The translations under genes were made by a program, and so were the position numbers. From NCBI GenBank assembly GCA_038845265.1, contig JAWBQR010000002.1, positions 65,150 to 129,149 of the forward strand: a stretch of 64,000 bases of DNA. Direction: 5' to 3'. This document shows, one piece after another, positions 27,989 to 36,796 of the stretch (position 1 is its first letter; every line of letters begins with the position of its first letter). The notes beneath the pieces were generated by a model. The model made no database searches. It had not been told where the DNA came from and was given only the letters and a program-made list of their open reading frames with translations. Source of the stretch: Nitrososphaerota archaeon (GTDB lineage: Archaea; Thermoproteota; Nitrososphaeria_A; Caldarchaeales; Calditenuaceae).

Positions 27989-29071
27989 ATGCCTGAAATT
28001 TATCTTGAAAATATTACCAAGCGATATGGAAAGTATGTTGCGATAAATAATTTAACATTGAAGATAAATGACAAGGAATTCTTGGGCCTCTTAGGGCCTC
28101 CTGGAGCAGGTAAAAGTACACTCCTAAAACTAATTGCCGGGTTAGAGAAGCCAGATAGCGGGAACATCTACATAGATGGAAAAATTGTAAATGATGTCCC
28201 GCCATTAGAGAGAGGTGTCGCTATGATGTTTGAGACACTTGCATTATACCCACATATGACGATATATGATAACCTGGCTTTCCCACTTAGAAAAATGAAC
28301 CTGAGTGAAGAAGAAATAAGAATGAGAGTCCGCGAGACGGCTGAACTATTAAGAATAGATCATCTACTTGATAGAAAACCTGCGCAGCTCAGCGGGGGAG
28401 AGAGGCAGAGAGTAGCACTAGGAAGAGCATTAACCAAAAAGTCAAAAATATTATTACTTGATGAGCCTCTAGGACACTTGGACGCCAAGCTCAGGGTATA
28501 TGCGAGAGTAGAGATCAGAAAGATTCAGAAAATGTTACAACAGACAGCAGTAATGTCGACATTTAGTGTGTTTGACGCCGCAACAATATCAGATAGGATT
28601 GCACTGATGAATAATGGTCAGGTGCTTCAGGTAGATAGTCCAAGAAATATTTTTGAAAAGCCAAGAAATATATTTGTTGCAAAATGTGTCAGTTCGCTTC
28701 CACTAAACCTGATACCATGTAGAGTGGATAAAAAGCAAGATAAAATATTCTTGTCATCAGGTGGATTTATGCTAGATGTGACAAGAATATCGGATACATT
28801 GTTAGATAAAATTGGACAAAAAATAATTTTAGGAATTAGGCCTTCAGTTATATCTATAAAGGACATGCCTCCTGGCATTGAATCGGTAGTAGATACGGTT
28901 GAACCAATGGGTTCAGAAAACGTCCTAAAGATAAATGCAAATGGGATCGACATGTTTGTCAAGGCTCCTTCATCTCGAATCTATAGACGTGGAGAAAAAA
29001 TATGGATGGAGCCTATGCTGGAGAGGATCTATATATTTGATGAAAACGAAGAATTAATTTATCCTAAATAA
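27989..29071 (+). CDS. ABC sugar importer ATPase (MalK-like) with degenerate Q-loop and H-loop
   Basis: Walker A GPPGAGKST, signature LSGGERQRVA and Walker B LLLDE are intact. The Q-loop reads MMFE and the H-loop position reads STFS (His to Phe). Confidence 0.85.
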   Translation: MPEIYLENITKRYGKYVAINNLTLKINDKEFLGLLGPPGAGKSTLLKLIAGLEKPDSGNIYIDGKIVNDVPPLERGVAMMFETLALYPHMTIYDNLAFPLRKMNLSEEEIRMRVRETAELLRIDHLLDRKPAQLSGGERQRVALGRALTKKSKILLLDEPLGHLDAKLRVYARVEIRKIQKMLQQTAVMSTFSVFDAATISDRIALMNNGQVLQVDSPRNIFEKPRNIFVAKCVSSLPLNLIPCRVDKKQDKIFLSSGGFMLDVTRISDTLLDKIGQKIILGIRPSVISIKDMPPGIESVVDTVEPMGSENVLKINANGIDMFVKAPSSRIYRRGEKIWMEPMLERIYIFDENEELIYPK

Positions 29072-29078
29072 TTCATCT

Positions 29079-30089
29079 CTACTTTGGTTTTACGGGTTTT
29101 CCAGTTTTAGCTGACTCATAACTGGCGACTGTGATAGCTACTCCCTGTCTGCCATCTATTCCTGAGGCGACCGGTTCTTTATCATTTACTATGCATTCTA
29201 TGAAGCTTCTAATCATTTCTTGGTCGCAGTCACATCCATAATAATGCCATGTTAGTTTGTCGTTTGGTTTTTCTGAACCTATGTATGAGATATTCTGCCT
29301 GAAGGCGTCAAGTATGAGGACTCCTTCAGTTCCTAATACTTCCATAGTTACATCTCCCCAAGTGTACAGCCCAGCGGCGTATGACCAGCTCCCATCAATA
29401 TGTCCAATGGCTCCGTTCTCCATTATTAAAGTAGTTAAGAAATTATCCTCAACACTGATGTTCATATTGACATTTTTTCCAATCTCTGTATAAACGGTTG
29501 CGGCTTCACTCTTAGTATACCACCTAATTAGATCTGCAAGGTGGACAGTATGATCCATTACAGCGCCACCTCCAGAGAGTTTTTGGTCAGTAAACCATCG
29601 TCTTAATAGTGGTAGGCTAGAATTAAGCTTATTTGTACCGATTAATGCTACAACTTTTCCAATTCTCCCTTCATCTATGAGGTTCTTTACCAGAATTGAT
29701 GTCGAGTGGTATCTCATGACGAAACATGTCTGGAACTTTACTCCTCTTTTCTCAGCCTTCTTAATCATGTCGTCAGCATCTTCCACAGTGGTTGCTATTG
29801 GCTTCTCGCAGAGTATGTGTTTTCCAGCCTCGGCGGCCTTTATAGAGAGATCGTGATGCTTAACATTCTCGGCAGTAATGATGACTGCATCAATATCATC
29901 CCTCCTCAACAATTGATCTATATTCTTGTAGTAATCTATGTTAAATTTCTTAGAGAATTCACTTCCTAAGGAATCATCCTCTTCATAAACAGCAATTATT
30001 TCGCCGTTTGGCAACTTTTTAATTGCATTGGCATAATTATCGGCGTGGAAATGCGCAACACCCAAAAAACCAAATCTGACTTTTTTCAT
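29079..30089 (-). CDS. Gfo/Idh/MocA family oxidoreductase (2 of 4)
   Basis: VRFGFLGVAHFH N-terminus and CEKPIATT motif. Confidence 0.85.
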   Translation of the reverse strand: MKKVRFGFLGVAHFHADNYANAIKKLPNGEIIAVYEEDDSLGSEFSKKFNIDYYKNIDQLLRRDDIDAVIITAENVKHHDLSIKAAEAGKHILCEKPIATTVEDADDMIKKAEKRGVKFQTCFVMRYHSTSILVKNLIDEGRIGKVVALIGTNKLNSSLPLLRRWFTDQKLSGGGAVMDHTVHLADLIRWYTKSEAATVYTEIGKNVNMNISVEDNFLTTLIMENGAIGHIDGSWSYAAGLYTWGDVTMEVLGTEGVLILDAFRQNISYIGSEKPNDKLTWHYYGCDCDQEMIRSFIECIVNDKEPVASGIDGRQGVAITVASYESAKTGKPVKPK

Positions 30090-30092
30090 TTA

Positions 30093-31127
30093 TTACCCCT
30101 CCTTTATTGGAAGATAAATCGGCGTATTTAACTCGGACGATTTAAGAGCAGCAATACAGACCTCTAGGCTCCGACGAGCTACCACTCCATCAGTCATTGG
30201 AGTCCTATCTTCTTTAATGCATTCGACGAAGTGCTTCAACTCTCTGTAAAACGGATCGACTGGGAATGGATGGACAGCAGGTCTCCACGGAAGTGTCTCT
30301 GGAGAGAATCCACTAATCGACTCATTTGTTATAAGTTTGACAGGAACTGGTGATTGATTATCAAGTGTAATCATTCCTTTTGTACCATCAACCTCAAACT
30401 TCATTGTGAATGGGTGCATCTTCGGCAACGCCCAGTTAGCCTCTACTAATGCAGTACCGCCATCTTCAAATCTCAGATTAATTAGAGCAAAATCCTCTGC
30501 AGAAATGTCTTTGTGGACCAGCCTATTAATTATGGCGTAGACTCTTTCAACTCTTTTATTAAAGACCCACATCAAATAATCAACATCATGTATAGCTAAG
30601 TCAATCGCTACTCCACCGCTTTGTGTCTTGTCTAAGAACCATGGACTCCACTCCGGTATTGGTCCTCCCCTAAAAGTCCTAGCAATTACCGGCTCACCGA
30701 TCATTCCCTGATCAATCAGTTCTTTCGCCTTCATGTATTCGGGGAAAAATCTTAACACATGTCCAACCATCAATTTGACTTTATTTTTCTTAGCTGTCTC
30801 TATTATTGCATCTGCGTCTTTGAGAGATAGCGCTATTGGTTTTTCCAGAAATACGTGTTTACCAGCATTCATGGAAGTTATTGAGTAGTTAGCGTGTGTG
30901 TGGGTCGGTGTGCAAACATCTACTATATCTATGTCTTTTCGCCTGAGCACTTCCTCAGCGTCTTTGTATGCCTCTATACCAAACTTTTTCGCTACCTCTT
31001 TGGCTTTTTCTAAGTTTCTACCAACCACTGCTTTGACTTCGCAGTCATCAATGTATCTCCATGCCGAGATATGTGTAGTGCCCATGAATCCATAGCCTAT
31101 TACAGCTACTCCAAGCTTATCACTCAT
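30093..31127 (-). CDS. Gfo/Idh/MocA family oxidoreductase (3 of 4)
   Basis: LGVAVIGYGFMG N-terminus and LEKPIALS motif. Confidence 0.85.
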   Translation of the reverse strand: MSDKLGVAVIGYGFMGTTHISAWRYIDDCEVKAVVGRNLEKAKEVAKKFGIEAYKDAEEVLRRKDIDIVDVCTPTHTHANYSITSMNAGKHVFLEKPIALSLKDADAIIETAKKNKVKLMVGHVLRFFPEYMKAKELIDQGMIGEPVIARTFRGGPIPEWSPWFLDKTQSGGVAIDLAIHDVDYLMWVFNKRVERVYAIINRLVHKDISAEDFALINLRFEDGGTALVEANWALPKMHPFTMKFEVDGTKGMITLDNQSPVPVKLITNESISGFSPETLPWRPAVHPFPVDPFYRELKHFVECIKEDRTPMTDGVVARRSLEVCIAALKSSELNTPIYLPIKEG

Positions 31128-31144
31128 AGGTCATCCCACACTAT

Positions 31145-32200
31145 TTATTTAATTAGGGGGAGTTTCACTGGCCTATTCTCATTATAGGATATTATTGCAG
31201 CAAGTGCCGCTTCATGAGTATTTACTGCATCTTCAACATTACAGTGCGACTCCTTATCTTTCAAGATACAATCGACGAAATGATTTACTTCGTGTTCGAA
31301 TGGATGGTGCCTCACATCGGCTGTATCTGGCAGGATAGTGGGGACTGTGACCCAATCGGTCTGTCCAGGAAACTTGCCCGGAGCCCAAATCCTATTGTTT
31401 ACTATTGTTCCCTTGTCTCCGAAAATTGTTACTGGGAAGTAATATGGACTGGCGCAGTCAAAGTTGGAGTTAATTTTGCCTAGAGCCCCATTTTCAAATT
31501 TGGCCAGAAGAACTTCTAGACCATAGTACTCTATGTCTTTTCCATACCTGTGTCCCCCTGAGTATGCGAATACTTCTGTGATGTTATTAGCTTTATCGGC
31601 GGCTTTGCATGAAAGCCACCTAGCAGCATCAAGAGCATGAACTCCAGCTACTAGAAAACTACTTACACCATATTCTTTTGTCTTGGCCCAATGCCAGCCT
31701 GTCCACCACTCAGCTATGTGAGAATTATATCCAGTCTCTACGTAGTATACGTCTCCTAATGCTCCCTCGACTAGCAACGACTTAATTGTCTCGAACAGCG
31801 GATTCCATCTAAGCACAAATCCGACTACTGTCTTCACTCGTGATTTTCTAACAGAATCTCTAAGCATTTTTAATTGCTCTAAGCTAATTGCTATTGGTTT
31901 CTCAACAACCATATGTTTTTTCGCTTCTGCCGCCATCACTGCCTGCTCTACATGTAAATGTTGAGGAGAACATATTGCAATGATATTTACGTTTGGGTCA
32001 TCAACAAGTTTACTGTAATCTGTATAGAATTTAACATCTTTTAATCCACACTCCCTTGCCAAGTTTTCACAGCTGGCAATTCGCGGACTCATTAGTGCAA
32101 CAACCTTAGTATATGGGTTTTTCTCGAAGGCAGGTACGTATTGGGTTGATACCCACCCGCAGCCAGCTATACCTACTCCAAATAACTTATTCCTAGACAT
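31145..32200 (-). CDS. Gfo/Idh/MocA family oxidoreductase (4 of 4)
   Basis: FGVGIAGCGWVS N-terminus and VEKPIAIS motif. Confidence 0.85.
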   Translation of the reverse strand: MSRNKLFGVGIAGCGWVSTQYVPAFEKNPYTKVVALMSPRIASCENLARECGLKDVKFYTDYSKLVDDPNVNIIAICSPQHLHVEQAVMAAEAKKHMVVEKPIAISLEQLKMLRDSVRKSRVKTVVGFVLRWNPLFETIKSLLVEGALGDVYYVETGYNSHIAEWWTGWHWAKTKEYGVSSFLVAGVHALDAARWLSCKAADKANNITEVFAYSGGHRYGKDIEYYGLEVLLAKFENGALGKINSNFDCASPYYFPVTIFGDKGTIVNNRIWAPGKFPGQTDWVTVPTILPDTADVRHHPFEHEVNHFVDCILKDKESHCNVEDAVNTHEAALAAIISYNENRPVKLPLIK

Positions 32201-32352
32201 AAAATTGGACTATAAATGCTGGAAAATAAACTTTTCTGCAAAAATTTATGCAAGATTGGATTTCATAAATATGTCTTATAGTTGTGAATAATTAACTATA
32301 TGAAAAAAATTATTTATAGTAGTGTAAAAATCTAACATATGCGTGAAAATAA

Positions 32353-33900
32353 ATGAGTCAGGAAAAAGTTGTTTCTAGGAGAAAATTCTTAGGTGCTGTA
32401 GGTGGACTGGCCGCAGCAACAGTTGTTGGATGGGGGCTTGCCGGCTATTATGCAGCTCAACCCCCAAGAGAAGTGGTCAGAACCGTTACACAGACGCAGA
32501 CAGTCACACAGACGGTTACGCAGACGGTAGGTGTCACTACTACTCCGCCTGTAACTACTACCACTCTGCCACCACTTAGCAAGTTTGTTGACATAGAATG
32601 GGGTATCTGGAGCTGGGGAGTCGAGCTCTGTAACGACAATGCGAGGATTTTCAATGAAAATAATACAGATATGAAGCTCCACGTTACCGACTTAGGAGCT
32701 AACTATATGGCGAATCTCTTTGCGAGATACGCTGCTGGAGATCCTCCGGACATATATTACGCTACTCCTGACATAGCTTATGTAGTTCAGTATAGAAAGT
32801 GGGCTGCAGATATTGAGGACTATTTCCCAGAGGCTAGGAGGTATCTAGATGATATATATCCAGGAATGAGGGAGTTCTATATCAATCCATTTACTGGAAA
32901 GGTTCATGGACTCTGCTACTGGGCCGGTCCATACGTTTTCGCATATAATAAGAGACATCTAACCGAGGCAGGAATAGGTGCTCCGCCTAAAGACTACGAT
33001 GAGGTAGCAGAACAAGCTAAGATAATTAAACAGAAGGGAATATGTGAGTATCCGATCGGAGCACTGTGGTCTTGGGGATTCCCGGCGCTCTGGTACATGA
33101 TAATGCTAGGATACCATGAACCAAAACCAGGTACGCGTTTCCTCTTCGATGAAGACTTGAATCCAATATTTGATGATAAAGGTACGCCATTCTATGAAGC
33201 CGTTAAATGGCTATTAGAAAGAGTTGTGGTAGACAAAACAATATCGCCGGGAATTAGAGAATACGATGAGTCAGGAATAACGACGGCGATAGGTTCTGGC
33301 ACTGTTACGTTCTGTCTTAACCTACCCGATTATGACATAGCTGGAGCCAATGTGCCAGAACTAAAAGAGAGTGGAAATGTAACGATGTGTCTAAACCCAG
33401 GAACAGGCTACGCTGTGTATCATCCAACAAACTATAGCATATCTACCAGATGTATGGAGAGAGGTAAAGATAACCAAATTGCTGTGTGGCGCGTCATGCA
33501 ATTCTTAGGAGGTAAGACTACAAATGCTCGGCCAGACTTTGAGAGAGGTGAATACTTTGTATGTAACAGGCTAATTAGACAGTACGGAGTTACGTCTGCT
33601 TACAGGCCAGTAATGGAAGACCCAACGAATAAAGAAGTTTTAAGGAAGCTAAAGATAGACCCAGATCTCCTGCTGGCTCAATACGAGAAACTGACTACGA
33701 TACTGTGGAGAGACCCCGTACTGACGCCATGGTGGGCAGACTGGTTCAGCTCTCCTAGCAGTGAGGCAGGTGGAAGAGTCAAGCCTAAATTTGAAGAATT
33801 CCTAACGGGTGTCAGATCATACAGCGACGCCGAGATTTTGAACTTCTTGAAAGAAATTGCGGAAGACTGGAAGAGGGCTAAGAAGGAGGCTGGAATGTAG
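32353..33900 (+). CDS. ABC transporter extracellular solute-binding protein (family 1, sugar) with Tat-type signal and Thr-rich linker
   Basis: SRRKFLGAVGGLAAATVVG twin-arginine motif, the TVTQTQTVTQTVTQTVGVTTTPPVTTTTLPP linker, then a roughly 440-aa SBP body. Confidence 0.85.
   Translation: MSQEKVVSRRKFLGAVGGLAAATVVGWGLAGYYAAQPPREVVRTVTQTQTVTQTVTQTVGVTTTPPVTTTTLPPLSKFVDIEWGIWSWGVELCNDNARIFNENNTDMKLHVTDLGANYMANLFARYAAGDPPDIYYATPDIAYVVQYRKWAADIEDYFPEARRYLDDIYPGMREFYINPFTGKVHGLCYWAGPYVFAYNKRHLTEAGIGAPPKDYDEVAEQAKIIKQKGICEYPIGALWSWGFPALWYMIMLGYHEPKPGTRFLFDEDLNPIFDDKGTPFYEAVKWLLERVVVDKTISPGIREYDESGITTAIGSGTVTFCLNLPDYDIAGANVPELKESGNVTMCLNPGTGYAVYHPTNYSISTRCMERGKDNQIAVWRVMQFLGGKTTNARPDFERGEYFVCNRLIRQYGVTSAYRPVMEDPTNKEVLRKLKIDPDLLLAQYEKLTTILWRDPVLTPWWADWFSSPSSEAGGRVKPKFEEFLTGVRSYSDAEILNFLKEIAEDWKRAKKEAGM
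32482..32574 (+). repeat. imperfect short tandem coding repeat (ACNCAGACG-type units) encoding the Thr/Val/Gln/Pro linker
   Basis: accgttacacagacgcagacagtcacacagacggttacgcagacggtaggtgtcactactactccgcctgtaactactaccact. Confidence 0.7.
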
Positions 33901-33902
33901 GA

Positions 33903-34787
33903 GTGGCTTCAAAGACAGTGACATTACTAATCTGCCTAATACCTGCCTTAACACCTCTTTTTTTGTTTGGTTTTTACCCACTTGCTTATGCATTTTATCT
34001 CAGCTTTACATTTTTTAATCTGAAATCACCGGTTGAGCCATACTTTTATGGACTGGGAAATTACGCAGACCTAGGAAATGATCCTGTATTCATAAGGGCA
34101 CTACAATCGACAGGACTATTTGCATTGATAACCGTACCACTTATTACATTAATATCGCTCGGACAGGCGCTTCTGCTGGCTAGTCAGTTTAGAGGAGTGA
34201 AAGTTTTTCAAGTTCTCGCGTTGCTTCCGTGGGGGATACCACTCGTCGTAAGCTCATCAGTTTATAGATTGTTCTTTGACTTTAACTTTGGTCTCTTTAA
34301 CGACTTAATGGTCAAATTAGGAGCAATTAATCAATATGTATCTTGGTTATCGATGCCTTGGCCAGCCTTATTCATTGTTGCTCTGGCACATGTCTGGGTG
34401 AACACTCCATTACCTACGTTGCTTATCTTGGCAGGTATACAGTCAATTCCAAAGGAACTCTATGAGGCGGCATTAATAGACGGTGCAAAAACCTTCGCTC
34501 GATTCAGAATGGTTACGTGGAACTGGCTTAGGCCAATCATGTTGATAGTGCTGGTATATTCCTCGCTAAGTGCTCTATGGTGTTTTGACCCAATATACGT
34601 CATTACAGCTGGTGGACCAGCTGACTTCACGAAACTAATAACCTTCTATACCTACGAAAAGATGTTCAGCTATCTTAATTTTGGGCAAGCAGGAGCCATC
34701 ACAATCCTTGTCTTAGGGTTGACTGGCTTATTGATCTACGCCTACTTTAGAGCCCTGAGGCTCGGACGCGTAAGATTAAGGGTGTGA
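33903..34787 (+). CDS. ABC sugar transporter permease (MalF/UgpA-like)
   Basis: Six TM segments and an EAA-type loop (ELYEAALIDGAKTFARF); GTG start. Confidence 0.85.
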   Translation: MASKTVTLLICLIPALTPLFLFGFYPLAYAFYLSFTFFNLKSPVEPYFYGLGNYADLGNDPVFIRALQSTGLFALITVPLITLISLGQALLLASQFRGVKVFQVLALLPWGIPLVVSSSVYRLFFDFNFGLFNDLMVKLGAINQYVSWLSMPWPALFIVALAHVWVNTPLPTLLILAGIQSIPKELYEAALIDGAKTFARFRMVTWNWLRPIMLIVLVYSSLSALWCFDPIYVITAGGPADFTKLITFYTYEKMFSYLNFGQAGAITILVLGLTGLLIYAYFRALRLGRVRLRV

Positions 34788-35698
34788 GAACGATGGCGCA
34801 GAACGATAAGAAATCTAATAAATCTAACATAATTTTGTACGTCGCTGCACTTTTACTAGTGATATGGATTGCCTTTCCGATTTATTGGATGACGAATCTA
34901 AGCCTGCAGGCAGAGAAGGAGATATACAGCGTGCCTCCATACTATTTCCCGCCTAATCCAAACATAAACAATTACTGGTTCATCTTTGATATTGAAGCGG
35001 CTGTTAAGTATTTCCTAGAGCAAGGGATGTCTCTATTCCTATTCATTCCAGGCTCTATCAAGGAGTTTCCAAGGGCAATAATCAACAGTGTGATTATAGC
35101 TACCACAGTAATGGGCTATAACCTAATTGCAGGCATGCTTGGATCATTTGCCCTTACTAGGATTAGGTTCAAGGGCGCAATGCCGTTATTCTATCTTTCA
35201 ATAATCGGTAGGCTACTGCCACCAGTCGTCATAGCTGTTCCATACTACGTAATAATTAGGAGTATAGGCCTACTAGATACATTAGTTTCAGTAATCATGG
35301 TCCACATAATGTTTACAATGCCCTTCACGATATGGATACTGAATACATATCTCTTAGGCATCCCCACCGATATTGAGGATGCTGCAAGGGTGGATGGATA
35401 CTCCTACTTTGAGATACTGAGAAAAGTTACATTCCCAATCATAAAACCCGCAATCGTCGCGATTGCCATAACATCCTTCATGATTTCATATGGTGAATTC
35501 TTCTTTGCACTACTATTAACTAAGACTGCAGCATCAAGAACGATCCCGGTGATTATTGGGTCAGCCATGTCTGAGCCGAGGGTCGTAAAGGGACTGATAT
35601 GTGCGATGGGAGTGCTTGCTATGCTTCCCGCAATGGTCATAATAATTCTCTTCAGAAGATATTTGATACGAGGACTAGTAGCCGGAGCAGTAAAGTAA
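34784..35698 (+). CDS. ABC sugar transporter permease (MalG/UgpE-like)
   Basis: EAA-type loop DIEDAARVDGYSYFEILRKVTFP. GTGA overlap with the previous permease; alternative ATG at 34793. Confidence 0.85.
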   Translation: MRTMAQNDKKSNKSNIILYVAALLLVIWIAFPIYWMTNLSLQAEKEIYSVPPYYFPPNPNINNYWFIFDIEAAVKYFLEQGMSLFLFIPGSIKEFPRAIINSVIIATTVMGYNLIAGMLGSFALTRIRFKGAMPLFYLSIIGRLLPPVVIAVPYYVIIRSIGLLDTLVSVIMVHIMFTMPFTIWILNTYLLGIPTDIEDAARVDGYSYFEILRKVTFPIIKPAIVAIAITSFMISYGEFFFALLLTKTAASRTIPVIIGSAMSEPRVVKGLICAMGVLAMLPAMVIIILFRRYLIRGLVAGAVK

Positions 35699-35749
35699 AC
35701 TTCCAAACTCAGACATAATTTATTTTTTTATTGATTATATATAATGTCT

Positions 35750-36796
35750 TTATTTATGCATAGGTTCTTGTAGTGTAACACAGTGTATCCCACCAAGTCC
35801 ATAGAATAGTTCACGACAATTAATAGGAATTATCTCTTTATCACTGACTAAGTCTTGTATTATGTTTATTGCTTCTTCATCTTCTCTGACATCAAATACC
35901 GGGACTAAAATATGCCTATTGCTGATGTAAAAGTTAGCATACGTTGCCGGCACCTTCACGCCTAGTACCTCTACTCCTAGTGGTAGTGGCAAGAAATACA
36001 GATCAATCTCTCGATTACTCTTCTTTATCCATGCTTCTATCTTTTCTTTATTTTCACTCATTATTTCTTTATTTGGAACATTATGTCGTCCATCCCAGAC
36101 TAGCAGTAATTTATTATTCGTTACGAATCTACAGAAAACATCGATGTGCCCATCGGTATCGTCTCCAATTAGGCCTCTTTCTAGCCATAAAAACTCTTCA
36201 ATGCCTAAATAATCTCTAAGAATAGATTCTGCTTTTTCTCTTGTAAGTCCGGGGTTTCTATTATCGTTAAGCATTGATTCCTCAGTTATTATCGCTAGAC
36301 CCCCTCCGTCAGTCTCTATTGCTCCCCCCTCAAAGACAGTATCTGATCTAAAAACCTCAGCCCCACTGAGGAGCAGCAATTTTATGCCTGCATTATTATC
36401 TTCGGCCAGGTCGGGGTATTTTCCTCCCCAAGCGTTGAAGATCCACTTAACGCCCCCAAGCTTCTTCTCTGGACTAATTATGAATGTTGGACCATAGTCT
36501 CTTACCCAGACATCCCTCGTCTTTATGTGATAGAATTCAACTCCTTTTGTTTCTACTCCATGCATGTTGAGGATGTTTTCGACAATGCTATCCCAATCCT
36601 CGTTATCGACCATTATCTTGACTCTCTCGTCCTTCCTTAATGCTTCAACAATGTTACAGTATGTCTCCTCAACTTTGGGTAGTATTTTTTCAGGAAACGT
36701 ATCTATATTCTTTGGCCAAGCTATCCACGTGGCCACGTGTGGCTCCCACTCGGCTGGTAGTCGATAATTAAGAAGCCTCGGAGTACGAGTTCTCAT
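35750..36796 (-). CDS. aguA: agmatine deiminase
   Basis: LPAEWEPHVATWIAWP, VRDYGP and the C-terminal catalytic GGIHCVT motif. Start set to ATG 36796, which forms an ATGA overlap with the aguB stop. Confidence 0.9.
   Translation of the reverse strand: MRTRTPRLLNYRLPAEWEPHVATWIAWPKNIDTFPEKILPKVEETYCNIVEALRKDERVKIMVDNEDWDSIVENILNMHGVETKGVEFYHIKTRDVWVRDYGPTFIISPEKKLGGVKWIFNAWGGKYPDLAEDNNAGIKLLLLSGAEVFRSDTVFEGGAIETDGGGLAIITEESMLNDNRNPGLTREKAESILRDYLGIEEFLWLERGLIGDDTDGHIDVFCRFVTNNKLLLVWDGRHNVPNKEIMSENKEKIEAWIKKSNREIDLYFLPLPLGVEVLGVKVPATYANFYISNRHILVPVFDVREDEEAINIIQDLVSDKEIIPINCRELFYGLGGIHCVTLQEPMHK

Noticed and set aside
32237-32252. Near-palindrome TGCAAAAATTTATGCA in the divergent sugar-cluster promoter, and a 9-mer TTTCATAAA shared with the region upstream of the first ATPase gene (about 26861)
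   Set aside because: The palindrome is imperfect (14 of 16) and made mostly of A/T. A shared 9-mer in AT-rich spacers is expected by chance, and no regulator gene is in the cluster to bind it.
32482-32574. Short tandem repeats that could look like a mini CRISPR or satellite
   Set aside because: The units are 9-12 nt, imperfect, in frame, and encode the Thr/Val/Gln linker of the solute-binding protein. There is no spacer-repeat architecture.
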